This document shows, one piece after another, positions 50,856-63,744 of a DNA stretch of 64,000 bases. Source of the DNA: Macrostomum lignano. Its lineage: Eukaryota. The notes below the pieces were generated by a model. The model saw only the letters and a list, made by a program, of their open reading frames with translations, had not been told where the DNA came from and made no database searches. Every line of letters starts with the position of its first letter. The first letter of the stretch is position 1. The DNA is taken from positions 372,001 through 436,000 of the forward strand of contig NIVC01000052.1 in assembly GCA_002269645.1 (NCBI GenBank). Direction: 5' to 3'. A program made the position numbers and the translations under genes.

Positions 50856-53800
50856 ATGAGATCCTGGCTCCGTTTGATGTCGCTGCTGCTAGCATCGGTG
50901 AGCGCTACAGTCTACGGAGACTGTAAGTCTGTGCTTGCTACTGAATCTCATGCTATGCTAAAACAAATTACCAATTTGTGCTTGACTTCCTGTGCTCACC
51001 ATTGCAGGTGAGTTCCCGATTCGACGGAGCCGCGTCCTGAGCACCTGGCAGTCGTCCTTTGATGACGGCCCGACTTGCTTTTACAACAGAAGTCGCGCTG
51101 ATGAGGAATCCGTGCTCAAAGACAAAACCTTTAGCTACCGGTTCTTCCACAGCAAAGGCCAGAGCTCAGCAGACGGCGGGTTTCACTGGTTTTCAGTGCA
51201 GCTGAATGAGCCAGTGCTCATCAGATCTGTGACTGTGAAGGGCAGAGAGGGTGAGTCACTCACTCAAATGCGTGCTCAGAGTCTGCTGTCTCTGCTCATG
51301 GTGGTCTCGCATTCCAGATGACAAATCGCATGTCTTTGATAGAGCCAGAGGCATTGAGATCTGGACATCAGACAGCAGCAGTCAGCTGTTCTCAGGAGAT
51401 CACTGCAGCTCAAGGAGCATGAGCAGCCAGTTCAGAGAGTCCCAGCAGCACTGGAGACTGTGTGGGGTCACAGAGAGCAACAATTCACAGATCATAGCTG
51501 GGGAGATCTTCACAGTGAACTGCGTTGCAGGGGTGAGATTACAGATCGAGATATGTTTACAATAAAATCTAAAAAATCGGAGGGCGTGATTAACTCCAAA
51601 TTATATGAACTCTCTTGACCTGAAATACATTTCGATACTCCCAAATCTGTCTGATAAAGTGGTGGCATCTCGTAACGCATTTATGTTTTATCATTTGATT
51701 CTCTCAACTTTAGACAAGGCAGCTGCTGCTCAGAAGAAACATTACGTCAGCCGATGCATCGAGCTCTCACGATTACATGAGCTTTGCAGATTTTAGGCTT
51801 CAAACATTTCAGCTGGGTGAGTCCTTCATCTTCAGATTGAGGATAGTGTCGAAATATGAAGATAAATGCTTTAAATTTCATCAAGAAGAAGCTCTTAATA
51901 AGCCATGTTAACAAATTACAGAAGCCTCAAAAGCTCAGTTGGTGGCGGAGAACTCCAACTTCTCAGTGAGCTGCGCACTGCGATGCAGCGGCCCACCGGA
52001 CGCCACGTCAAGGGATCTGCAGCTCTGCTCTCCGAACGGCAGCTGCACTGCATCACAGGAGTTGCGGATTGCCAGAGCGCAGCCTCAGCACTCTGGAAGC
52101 TACACCTGCAGACTGGGCTCTGTGGCGACTCGGACTTCGGTCACCGTGCTGTGTGAGTTCTTTTAACTTTACATTTTGATGCAGTATGTCAACAATGTCA
52201 TTAATTAGCAGGAGTAGACGGAATAAGTTTTTTTTTCAATAAAATTCGAATTTGCTGTTCAGTTAGAAATAATCTTTGCAGACCCGCCGTCGAACGTGTC
52301 AGTCCCAGTGCTGCACTGTCAGAGTCAGTCAGTTGGGATGGTGCAGTTCGCATCGTCGGCATCTGAGCCGGCGCCTGAGCACAGATGCAGCGCTGAGTCT
52401 GTTGGTGGAATGACAGCGCAGAATCTTACTTTTCAGTCACTGGTATGTTTCCTGTATGCTCTGCTCTGATAGATCCTGTGTTTTTGGAGAATCACAATAC
52501 AGTATGCCGATGCGGCATTGCAGAACTCAAACGGGAGCGGCTCCTTTAGTCAGTGGAAGCTGGACATTGGCCGGGACTGGCCCAATGGCGGGACTGTACT
52601 CATCAACTGCAGTGCTCTGCTGCTAAATAATCTCAGCTTCCACTTGTTCCAGTCGAGCATTGTACAACTCAACTGCTCAACGTCTAGGACCATCGCAGCC
52701 CCGATCCTCTTCAGTGTCGGACTGACCCTCTTGGCTGTTGCAATAACTGCTTTGGCCGTGTTGGTGAGTCAGGAAGTAAAAACACTGTTTTGGCGCTAGT
52801 ATATTTCACAATAAGTGACAACTCCTGGAACAGCTTCAGCGCAGGGCTTGTCCGTCAAGAGATGAGCCACCAGCAACCGGATTTAGTCCAAACTCGGACT
52901 GCATCGTCGCCTCCGACACTCGAATAGTTGCTCCAGTGGAACGAGAGACTCCTGTGAGTCTGGCTTGTAATAATAATTATTACTATTAGCTCGCCAAAAA
53001 CCCTCAATTACCCCAGCTAATGCTGGCACCCATTTTACAGCTGGGTGAACTGAAGCGATGCAGAGTTGAGTGTCTTGCTCAAGAACGCAAACTGTTCCAA
53101 GTGGGTCGAGATTCGAACCCCCGACCTTTCATTAGAGTGGGTGCCATCTCATTAGAGTGGGTGCCATCTCATTAGAGTGGGTGCCATTTCATTAGAGTGG
53201 GTGCCATCTCATTGTAGTGGGTGCCATCTCATTGTAGTGGGTGCCATCTCATTGGAGTGGGTGCCATCTCATTGGAGTGGGTGCCATCTCATTAGAGTGG
53301 GTGCCATTTCATTAGAGTGGGTGCCATCTCATTAGAGTGGGTGCCATCTCATTAGAGTGGGTGCCATCTCATTGGAGTGGGTGCCATCTCATTAGAGTGG
53401 GTGCCATCTCATTAGAGTGGGTGCCATCTCATTAGAGTGGATGCCATCTCATTAGAGTGGGTGCCATCTCATTAGAGTGGATGCCATCTCATTAGAGTGG
53501 GTGCCATCTCATTAGAGTGGGTGCCATCTCATTAGAGTGGGTGCCATCTCATTGGAGTGGGTGCCTCTCATTGGAGTGGGTGCCTCTCATTAGAGTGGGT
53601 GCCATCTCACTGGAGTGGGTGCCATCTGACTGGAGTGGGTGCCATCTGACTGGAGTGGGTGCCATCTCATTGGAGTGGGTGCCATCTCATTGGAGTGGGT
53701 GCCATCTCACTGGAGTGGGTGCCATCTCACTGGAGTGGGTGCCATCTCATTGGAGTGGGTGCCATCTCACTGGAGTGGGTGCCTCTCATTGTAGTGGGTG

Positions 53801-54091
53801 CCATCTCATTGGAGTGGGTGCCATCTCACTGGAGTGGGTGCCATCTCATTGGAGTGGGTGCCATCTCACTGGAGTGGATGCCATCTCACTGGAGTGGGTG
53901 CCATCTCACTGGAGTGGGTGCCATCTCACTGGAGTGGGTGCCACCTCACCCGATTCCAGGCAGTCGGCAGCAGCGAGCCGGAGTGCAGCTACCTCACTGT
54001 GGCCGCCGCTGCACCCGCTGGTGAGGCCGAGCTGCTGGACTCCGACAGCGAATGCACCGAGTTCATCGAGATTGTGGCTGACGGTGACTGA
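50856..54091 (+). CDS. Lectin-Ig receptor copy F2 (intact): SP, F-type-lectin-like, 1x Ig, Ig-like, TM, SYLTV tail
   Basis: Exons 50856-50922, 51008-51250, 51318-51532, 51714-51816, 51922-52152, 52282-52442, 52524-52763, 52834-52953, 53960-54091; GT-AG, phase-compatible, open. TM PILFSVGLTLLAVAITALAVL. Confidence 0.85.
53128..53945 (+). repeat. Minisatellite, 20-bp unit ATTAGAGTGGGTGCCATCTC
   Basis: About 40 units in the last F2 intron, abutting a SINE fragment (52975-53127). Confidence 0.97.
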
Positions 54092-54705
54092 TTGAAATGG
54101 TTGCTTATCAAGGAACTGCTGGCTGAAAAGCATGGAAGTGACGTAGTGCTCGTAGTGCTGTTAAATCGCTTTTTAGTTGGAAAGCAAAGTACCTTATTCA
54201 TTAATTCGAAGGTAAGGAAAATTAAGCATATCAACCTTCATTCTACCAATTTTTAAAATTAGTCAAAATGTGTTTAGAGTATTACTAAAAATAGGCACAG
54301 ATCTAAACCGCGCATTAAACACTGACAAAGCTTAATTTCGTTATTCGAGAAGTGCAGAATGCGACAGGATTGTCATACATTAATCTATTTATCAAGCTTT
54401 GCATCCTGTATTTGTATTCCATTTCTTCACGGCTGTCTTGCTGATGTGCCCTTGAATATCCCTGTAGAATATAATTAGTCTGGCTGCATGCCGAGTAAGA
54501 TTTCGATGAACCTCGGTCGCCACTTTCTGTTATTCAGGCTGCACTACACAAATAGTCACAGGTGAATGTTTGAGTGCGGATGCACCTGTCTGCTTTCTGA
54601 ATTGCTGCAACATTGCTGGGTTCGAATCAGAATGTTTTCAGCCTCCTACAGAGGCTGTCAGTACTTCTCAGATGTGTTAGCATTCAACGGATGTCAGTAT
54701 TTTAC

Positions 54706-56812
54706 GTGTCAGCATCCCTCAGATGTGCCAGCATCCCTCATATATGTCAGCATCCCTCAGATGTGTGAGCATCCCTCATGTATGTCAGCATCCCTCAGAT
54801 GTGTGAGCATCCCTCATATATGTCAGCATCCCTCAGATGTGTGAGCATCCCTCATATATGTCAGCATCCCTCAGATGTGTGAGCATCCCTCATATATGTC
54901 AGCATCCCTCAGATGTGTGAGCATCCCTCATATATGTCAGCATCCCTCAGATGTGCCAGCATCCCTCAGATGTGTCAGCATCCCTCACATGTGTCAGCAT
55001 CCCTCAGATGTGTCAGCATCCCTCAGATGTGTCAGCATCCCTCAGATGTGTCAGCATCCCTCAGATGTGTCAGCATCCCTCAGATGTGTCAGCATCCCTC
55101 AGATGTGTCAGCATCCCTCAGATGTGTCAGCATCCCTCAGACGTGTCAGCATCCCTCAGATGTGCCAGCATCCCTCAGATGTGTCAGCATCCCTCAGATG
55201 TGTCAGCATCCCTCAGACGTGTCAGCATCCCTCAGATGTGCCAGCATCCCTCATATATGTCAGCATCCTCAGATGTGTGAGCATCCCTCAGATGTGTCAG
55301 CATCCCTCAGACATGTCAGCATCCCTCAGATGTGCCAGCATCCCTCATATATGTCAGCATCCTCAGATGTGTGAGCATCCCTCAGATGTGTGAGCATCCC
55401 TCAGATGTGTGAGCATCCCTCAGATGTGTCAGCATCCCTCAGATGTGTCAGCATCCCTCAGATGTGTCAGCATCCCTCAGATGTGTCAGCATCCCTCAGA
55501 TGTGTCAGCATCCCTCAGATGTGTGAGCATCCCTCATATATGTCAGCATCCCTCAGATGTGTGAGCATCCCTCATATATGTCAGCATCCCTCAGATGTCA
55601 GCATCCTCAGATGTGTGAGCATCCCTCAGATGTGTGAGCATCCCTCAGATGTCTCAGCATGCCTCATATGTGTCAGCATCCCTCATATGTGTCAGCATCC
55701 CTCAGACGTGTCAGCATCCCTCAGATGTGTCAGCATCCCTCAGATGTGTCAGCATCCCTCAGATGTGTCAGCATCCCTTAGATGTGTCAGCATCCCTCAG
55801 ATGTGTCAGCATCCCTCATATGTGTCAGCATCCCTCAGACGTGTCAGCATCCCTCAGATGTGTCAGCATCCCTCAGATGTGTCAGCATCCCTCACATGTG
55901 TCAGCATCCCTCACATGTGTCAGCATCCCTCATATGTGTCAGCATCCCTCATATGTGTCAGCATCCCTCACATGTGTCAGCATCCCTCAGATGTGTCAGC
56001 ATCCCTCATATATGTCAGCATCCCTCACATGTGTCAGCATCCCTCATATGTGTCAGCATCCCTCATATGTGTCAGCATCCCTCAGATGTGTCAGCATCTC
56101 TTAGATGTGTCAGCATCCCTCAGATGTGTCAGCATCCTTTAGATGTGTCAGCATCCCTCAGATGTGTCAGCATCCCTCACATGTGTCAGCATCCCTCAGA
56201 TGTGTCAGCATCCCTCAGATGTGTCAGCATCCCTCATATATGTCAGCATCCCTCACATGTGTCAGCATCCCTCATATGTGTCAGCATCCCTCATATGTGT
56301 CAGCATCCCTCAGATGTGTCAGCATCTCTTAGATGTGTCAGCATCCCTCAGATGTGTCAGCATCCCTCAGATGTGTCAGCATCTCTTAGATGTGTCAGCA
56401 TCCCTCAGATGTGTCAGCATCCCTTAGATGTGTCAGCATCCCTCAGATGTCTCAGCATCCCTCAGATGTGTGAGCATCCCTCATATGTGTCAGCATCCCT
56501 CAGATGTGCCAGCATCTCACAGATGTGTCAGCATCCCTCAGATGTGTCAGCATCCCTCAGATGTGTCAGCATCCCTCAGATGTGCCAGCATCTCACAGAT
56601 GTGTCAGCATCCCTCAGATGTGTCAGCATCTCACAGATGTGTCAGCAACCCACAGATGTGTCAGCATCTCACAGATGTGTCAGCAACCCACAGATGTGTC
56701 AGCATCTCACAGATGTGTCAGCAACCCACAGATGTGTCAGGATCCCATAGATGTGTCAGGATCCCACAGATGTGTCAGCATCCCACAGATGTGTCAGCAT
56801 CCCACATATGAT
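54706..56812 (+). repeat. Minisatellite, 19-bp unit GTGTCAGCATCCCTCAGAT
   Basis: About 110 units between F2 and the TBCD 3' end. Confidence 0.98.
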
Positions 56813-57223
56813 GTCAGTGGTTCTCAGATGTGTGAGCACCTCATTGAGGTTGAAAGTACTTATGACAAGCCTGCAACAAAAGTACATTAAATAATGATTT
56901 AAACGACTTAAAAACTAAAGCCAAAGTCTTTGCCGAACAAAGTTAAACTTACGAAAGCAGATGCTCAAGCAGCAGGGCATACAGTTATATTAAATCATAT
57001 TATTGAAAGCTAGAGTAACAATTAAAAAACATAAAAAGCAACTCAGTAAAATGAAGCCCTGTTAACATTCGGGAATAATTCAGCAGAGTATCTCATTCAG
57101 AAGCCAATCTCGCAGCTATGTTGCAGAGAATTACGCAAAACAAACGGGATTTGAAGAAACTGGGATTAAATTTGTTAGCAACTGTCCGAGGTCAAAATGC
57201 TGTTTCACATTTCGAAGCCATAA

Positions 57224-60200
57224 TCAGCTGGCGCTGGCCGCGGCTCCAGCCTTGACGGTTGGCACCGGCAGGTGCAGCAGTTCGCACAGGCGGTTGCGCA
57301 CAGGTCTCACCTTCTCCAGGGCCTCCTCCCAGACCGTCTCCAGCAGCAGGCTGCTCACCTGAGATGAGAAAAAAGATGCAATGCACATACTTGACTAGGG
57401 AATCCCAATATGTACATACTTGACTAGGGAATCCCAATATGTACATACTTGACTAAGGAATCCCAATATGTACATACTTGACTAAGGAATCCTAATATGT
57501 ACATACTTGACTAAGGAATCCCAATATGTACATACTTGACTAAGGAATCCCAATATGTACATACTTGACTAAGGAATCCCAATATGTACATACTTGACTA
57601 GGGAATCCCAATATGTACATACTTGACTAGGGAATCCCAATATGTACATACTTGACTTGACTAGGGAATCCCAATATGTACATACTTGACTAGGGAATCC
57701 CAGAATGTACATAATTGACTAGGGAATCCCAATATGCACATACTTGACTAGGGAATCCCTGGATGTACATACTGGCTAGGGAATCCCAATATGTACATAC
57801 TTGACTAAGGAATCCCAATATGTACATACTTGACTAAGGAATTCCAATATGTACATACTTGACTAGGGAATTCCAGGATGTACATACTGGCTAGGGAATC
57901 CCAATATGTACATATTTGACTAAGGAATCCCCAATATGTACATACTTGACTAGGGAATCCCAATATGTACATACTTGACTAAGGAATCCCAATATGTACA
58001 TACTTTACTATGGAATACCCCGATAGTTACCTCATCGACAGTCTCCACTGGCACAACCGAGTCAAACAGCAGCACAGCCTCGTACAGCTTGGAAGCGGCA
58101 TTGCGCCTCACCACCGGGTACTTGTGGCCCAGATGCAGCATCAGCGGCTTCAGCGCCCTGTCTGGCGGAGGAAACTGCAGCGCCGCGGTCAGCGTGTCCT
58201 GAGCGATGAGCAGTTTTCTCCAGTTGGTGCAGCCGGCGACCTCGGCCTTGACCAGAGTCACCACGTTGTCCAGCAGTCGCTGGGCGTCCACCTCGTCGGC
58301 TAGCAGCAGCCTCTCGGAGATGAAGGCGTCACGCAGCAGGCAGGTGAGGCTGCGCATGGCGGGCACCGTCAGGCGGTCCTGCCTGGCCCGCTCCTCCAGC
58401 AGGCGGGCGTGCAGGCGCAACACCTCCAGGGGGAAGCCCGGCTCGGACTGCAGTGGAAGAGGAATTCATGGGGATTGTGCTGCCGGAAATGAGGACTGAG
58501 GAACTGAGGATCTGGGAGGTTGGCCCAGCAACTGCCACTCTGGGAGGCTGGCCCAGCAAATGAGGATCTGGGGAGGCCGGCTCCAGCAACTGAGGATCTG
58601 GGAGGCTGGCTCAGAAACTGAGGATCTGGGAGGCTGGACCAGCAAGTGAGGATCTGGGAATGGTGGCTCAGCAACTGAAGATCTGGGAGGCTGGACCAGC
58701 AACTGAGGACCTGGGAGGCCGGCCCAGCAGGATCTGAGGTCAGTGAACAAAGGCAGCTCGGCAGAACCTACCTGGGCACAGTCGGCCACCACAGTCAACA
58801 GGGCATCGCTGGCGGCTCGCTCGGTGCTCTCTGTGAGGCCGCCCACGCTGACCACGAGGCCGGTGAGCAGGGCGTAGCGGAACCTGGCGTTCGGCACGCT
58901 GCCCAGCAGAGGCGCCAGCGCCGGGAAGGCATCGCTCGGGTTGGCCCAGTTGAAGGAGGCTGCAGCTCCGTCGCCGTCGCCGCCGGATGCCTCGGCCGCT
59001 GGCAGGCCGGCCAACATCTGGCGCAGCGCCGCAGGCGCCAGCCTTTCAGGCAGGGCGGCCACGGTTCGGCGAAGAGATTCGCCGGCGACTCGGCGCATCC
59101 GGTCGATTTTCTCTGCCGCCTGCTGCACCAGGCCGCAGAACAGGTCCTCCGCCAGGCCTGTGTGCGGTTTCATGAACTCAATATGCTACTTATAGCGACC
59201 AAAACTCAATACCTGCGCTGGTTATATGATAGCATATGATAGTACTTACAGTAGTATGATAGTACTTACAGTAGCATGATAGTACTTACAGTAGCATATA
59301 CTAGCATTTACAGTAGTATATAATAGTACTTATATGATAGTAATTACAATAGGATATGATAGTACTTACAGTAACATATGATAGTACTTACAGTAACATA
59401 TGATAGTACTTACAGAAGTATATGATAGTAATTACAGTAGTATATGATAGTACTTACAGTAGTATATGATAGTACTTACAGTAGTATATGATAGTACTTA
59501 CAGTAGTATATGATAGTACTTACAGTAACATATGATAGTACTTACAGTAACATATGATAGTACTTACAGTAACATATGATAGTACTTACAGTAACATATG
59601 ATAGTACTTACAGTAGCATATGATAGTACTTACAGTAGTATATGATAGTACTCACAGTCACATATGATAGCAGTTACAGTAACATATGATAGTACTTACA
59701 GTAGTATATGATAGTACTAACAATAGCATATACTAATACTTTACTTACTTTACTTACTTTGTTAAGTTCGAGCGCATATACTAATACTTAAAGTAGAATA
59801 ACTTACTACGTACACTAATTACTGCTTTCAGTAGCATACATCAACACTTACAGTAGAATGTACTATTCATAGTAGCACAAAACTACTTATAGCACTAAAC
59901 ATAAAGCATTTCGCTGTACCTGGCGACACCCGGTTAGCGATACGTGGCCCGGACAGGCACACCAGATCAGCTATGCCGCACAGGGCCGCCTCCCGGGTGA
60001 GGCTGCCCACATCGCCCCGCTGGTCCACCGTGTAGTCAGTCAGGCCAGCCAGCAGGCACCGGGCGGCCCTGTCAAACACTCCGAGCAGCTGCTTATCCTC
60101 AGCATCCGTAGCCGCTGCTGGCGATGAGGCGGAAGCTGAAGCGAATGACAGGCAGGCGGACACGAGGGCGCGCAGAGCCGCCCGTCTGGCGTAGGCCCAG

Positions 60201-63200
60201 GTGCGTGTGTCCACTGCGGTTCGGGCGCTACTGCAGCTGGAGCAGTCGGCCAGGCAGTCGAGAACCCGGTCTAGCAGGGCCGCCTGCTCAGCTGAGCTGC
60301 CCGATGCTGATTGGTGGCGATAGTATGAGCTGGGCAGCTGGCCCAGGGCTGAGCAGTGGCCAGCCCGGTGAGACTCCTGCGAGGCCGACAGCGCCTCGGT
60401 GCAGTACCTGTGCAGGTTGGGGCACGGCAGGCAGTGAGGGATTGACGGAGCTGAGCTAAGGCAAAATATGGGCCGGCTACTCAACACTTGACCAGCAGCA
60501 AGACAGTCGTGAGTAATAAGCTTTGAAAGAAGTGATCAAGCAGTGAAAATACAATGAAGGTCAAGCAGTGAAAGATCAATGAAGGTCAAGCAGTGAAAGA
60601 TCAATGAAGGTCAAGCAGTGAAAGATCAATGAAGGTCAAGCAGTGAAAGATCAATGAAGGTCAAGCAGTGAAAGATCAATGAAGGTCAAGCAGTGAAAGA
60701 TCAATGAAGGTCAAGCAGTGAAAGATCAATGAAGGTCAAGCAGTGAAAGATCAATGAAGGTCAAGCAGTGAAGGATCAATGAAGGTCAAGCAGTGAAATA
60801 TCAATGAAGGTCAAGCAGTGAAAGATCAATTTAAAGGTCAAGCATCCAATTGAACAAGGGGAGCTCTGGATGATTAATAAGTTATCAGCAAAGAATAATC
60901 AGAGTGAATTCCTCAAATATCAGCACCTGTCCAAGTAATGTACTAAAAAACTCACTTCTCAACTAGCCGCACATCAACCGGTTCACCGTCCAGAAAAGGC
61001 ATCAGCGCCTCGGCCGCCGCCTCCTGAACTGTGGCCTCCCGATGCCGCAGACAGTCGTCTAGGAAGGCCTGCCAAACGGAGCGCACTTCCGGGGGCACCG
61101 GAAACGGTCGGGCCCGGCAGAGCCGCTCCACTAGGGTGCAGCAGGCGCGGCGAATCAGTTCGCCAGCCAGGCCACGCATGTAGCCAGCGTTGCTAAGGAC
61201 GCTAATGAGGTTTAGAACTCCGTCGGCAAGACTGGGCTCGATTTTTCCGGATGCTTCTAAGCCGGCTGCGAAATGAAGGGTATAAATGTGCATACTTAAA
61301 AGGTACGATTTATAAGTGCATTTGCACTTTACGAGTACATGTGCTAAATCAGTGCAAGTGTACTTTAACAGTGAATATGTACTTTTAACAGTGCATGTGT
61401 ACTTTAACAGTGAATGTGAACTAAATCATTGCAAGTGTACTTTAACAGTGAATATGTACTTTTAACAGTGCATGTGTACTTTATATAACAGCAAATGCCG
61501 TATGAAATTTCTAAATCTCACCGTCTCCAAGAGCGTAGAGACTGTGAGCTAATGCCAGCACGGCACCGTGTCGCAGGCAGAGGTCCAGTCCTTGAGCCGA
61601 GGCCACCAGCTGGGGCAGGTGGCTACCAAGGCAGTGCTCGGCATCCAGGGGCACCAGACTGCCAAAGGCTTCGGCGGCCAATTCCCTCAGAGCCGGATCC
61701 CAATGGCCGAGCTTGTGCTCAACCAGGTGAGCCAGCATCGGGCGCAGGTAGGTGACGCCGAACCCGGCCACGAACAGGCTCAGCCGGGTGAAGGCGTGAC
61801 TGCGGTTGCCCACGGCAAAGTAGTCGCAGTTGGTGACGATTTCGATGCCGTTAGGGAAATTGCCCTGTCGGCCGACATGCTCTTGGAATGCGGCGGCAGC
61901 GGCGCGGCGCACGTTGATTTCCCGATCGAACAGAGAGGTAACAACCAGGGCGGTTGCTATGGAGACCACGTGAGGCTGCAGCACCACCGGGTGGTAGGCG
62001 CGAGCGAAGGACCAGAGCACGTAGCAGGCGGCGTCGCGCACGTTGGAGCCGTGATTGCTTTCGCCCGAGCGTTCATCGTACACCTGGACAAGGGGGGTGA
62101 GTTAAAAGGGATTTCTTGGGTCACTAAAGCCTTTCAAATCTCAGCAATCCTAGATTAAAAAATATATATTGCTTGAAATTGCAATCCTAGATTGCTTTAT
62201 CGAAATCTCACCCCCCTAGAATTCAAATATCGCACTGAAATACCTAAAATCTCACCCCTAGAATTCTAATCTCGCAATGAAATGCTATAAATCTCAGCAC
62301 AAAACGACATGCCAAGCCCCCATTCGCCAGCTCACCAGCGACTCCTTGACGGAGGCCAGCACAGCGGGCAGACGGTCAGGCAGCAGGAGGCCCCGCCTGG
62401 ACAGCTCAGCGGTGGCCAGGCAGGCTCCATGCCAGGTCTCGTAGCTCTCCAGCCTGTTGAACTTCGACAGCAACGCGTCGACGACTTGGTCGGCCAGGCC
62501 GAGGGGCAGCCGGCCGGCCACGCGGCCGATGCCTTTGGCAGCTGACCAGCGCACAATGCTGTCCCGGTTGCTAAGGGCGCCCAGCAGGTGGTCCAACACC
62601 GTCTCCACCTCGGGGGCCACCTCAAACTGGCAGATTAGGGCGAATAACCGTGATCTTCTATCTTACCTGATCTACCTGAGCTATACCTGATCTACCTGAG
62701 CTATACCTGATCTACCTGAGCTAGACCTGATCTACCTGAGCTAGACCTGATCTACCTGAGCTAGACCTGATCTACCTGAGCTATACCTGATCTACCTGAG
62801 CTATACCTGATCTACCTGAGCTAGACCTGATCTACCTGAGCTAGACCTGATCTACCTGAGCTAGACCTGATCTACCTGAGCTATACCTGATCTACCTGAG
62901 CTAGACCTGATCTACCTGAGCTAGACCTGATCTACCTGAGCTATACCTGATCTACCTGAGCTAGACCTGATCTACCTGAGCTAGACCTGATCTACCTGAG
63001 CTAGACCTGATCTACCTGAGCTAGACCTGATCTACCTGAGCTAGACCTGATCTACCTGAGCTAGACCTGATCTACCTGAGTTAGAACTGATCTACCTGAG
63101 CTATACATAGGCTATATACCTGATCTATAGCTGATCTAAATCCTACAGATCTACATCTATACAGTTGATCTAACAGCCACTGACCCTTCATCTACAGGCC

Positions 63201-63656
63201 CCAATCTACACTCTATGATCAATCCCTCAGTTCCTCACGTCATCTTCCAGCTCCTCCTGCTCCTCCTCATCCTTGTCAGTGGCGGCAGCGGCGCTAGGCT
63301 GATTCGGCGCAAGATTGGCGACCAGAGACCGGTGGCCGCGCTTATAGCGCCAGGCTGCCAGGCGTTGGCGCAGGAAGATGGCGCCAAGGCGCTGGATAAG
63401 CTTTGCGCGCAGTTTATTGAGCAGGCCTTCGGTGTGCCGCGCCAATCGCTGGCAATGGCGCAGGGCGCAGGACAGCAGCGGGCCGGCGTGGGGCAGCAGG
63501 TCCTCCCTACGGCCGAGTTTGCACAGCAGGCCGAGGCTGCGCAGGAGGCCGCAGTGCTTGTAGGTGTCAGCGTAGCTCTCCAGCGGCCACGAGTCCAGCC
63601 GCTCGATGGACCAGGCCGCGAACTCGGCCAGTGAAGCGCCCGGGCGGGTGTAGAAT
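57224..63656 (-). CDS. TBCD: Tubulin-specific chaperone D (3' part; 5' exons outside the window)
   Basis: Exons 63656-63239, 62626-62336, 62083-61522, 61265-60956, 60407-59920, 59157-58772, 58447-58031, 57358-57224; phase-compatible. Motifs DSIVRWSAAKGIGR, WHGACLATAEL, GSNVRDAACYVLWSFARAY, LFDREINVRRAAAAAFQEHVGRQG, RGDVGS, LGHKYPVVR, VRNRLCELL. Confidence 0.96.
57382..58012 (+). repeat. Intronic minisatellite, 29-bp unit TACATACTTGACTAGGGAATCCCAATATG
   Basis: About 21 units in the last TBCD intron. Confidence 0.95.
58488..58735 (+). repeat. Intronic minisatellite, ~28-29-bp unit GAGGATCTGGGAGGCTGGCCCAGCAACT
   Basis: About 8 degenerate units. Confidence 0.9.
59225..59740 (+). repeat. Intronic minisatellite, 22-bp unit TATATGATAGTACTTACAGTAG
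   Basis: About 23 units. Confidence 0.95.
60535..60845 (+). repeat. Intronic minisatellite, 25-bp unit AAGCAGTGAAAGATCAATGAAGGTC
   Basis: About 12 units. Confidence 0.95.
62665..63120 (+). repeat. Intronic minisatellite, 20-bp unit ACCTGATCTACCTGAGCTAG
   Basis: About 22 units. Confidence 0.96.
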
Positions 63657-63744
63657 CTGGGCATTGGGGATATGGAGACATTCTAACGAGATCAAAATAA
63701 ACCACTGAAATTTTTAAGTTAAAAAATCGAGCAATTAGGAACGT

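Noticed and set aside
53517-56890. Long Cys/His-rich ORFs (MCQHPSDVSASLRCVSIPQ..., GAISLEWVPSHWSGCHL...)
   Set aside because: They are translations of 19- and 20-bp minisatellites cycling through all frames; one array lies within an intron.
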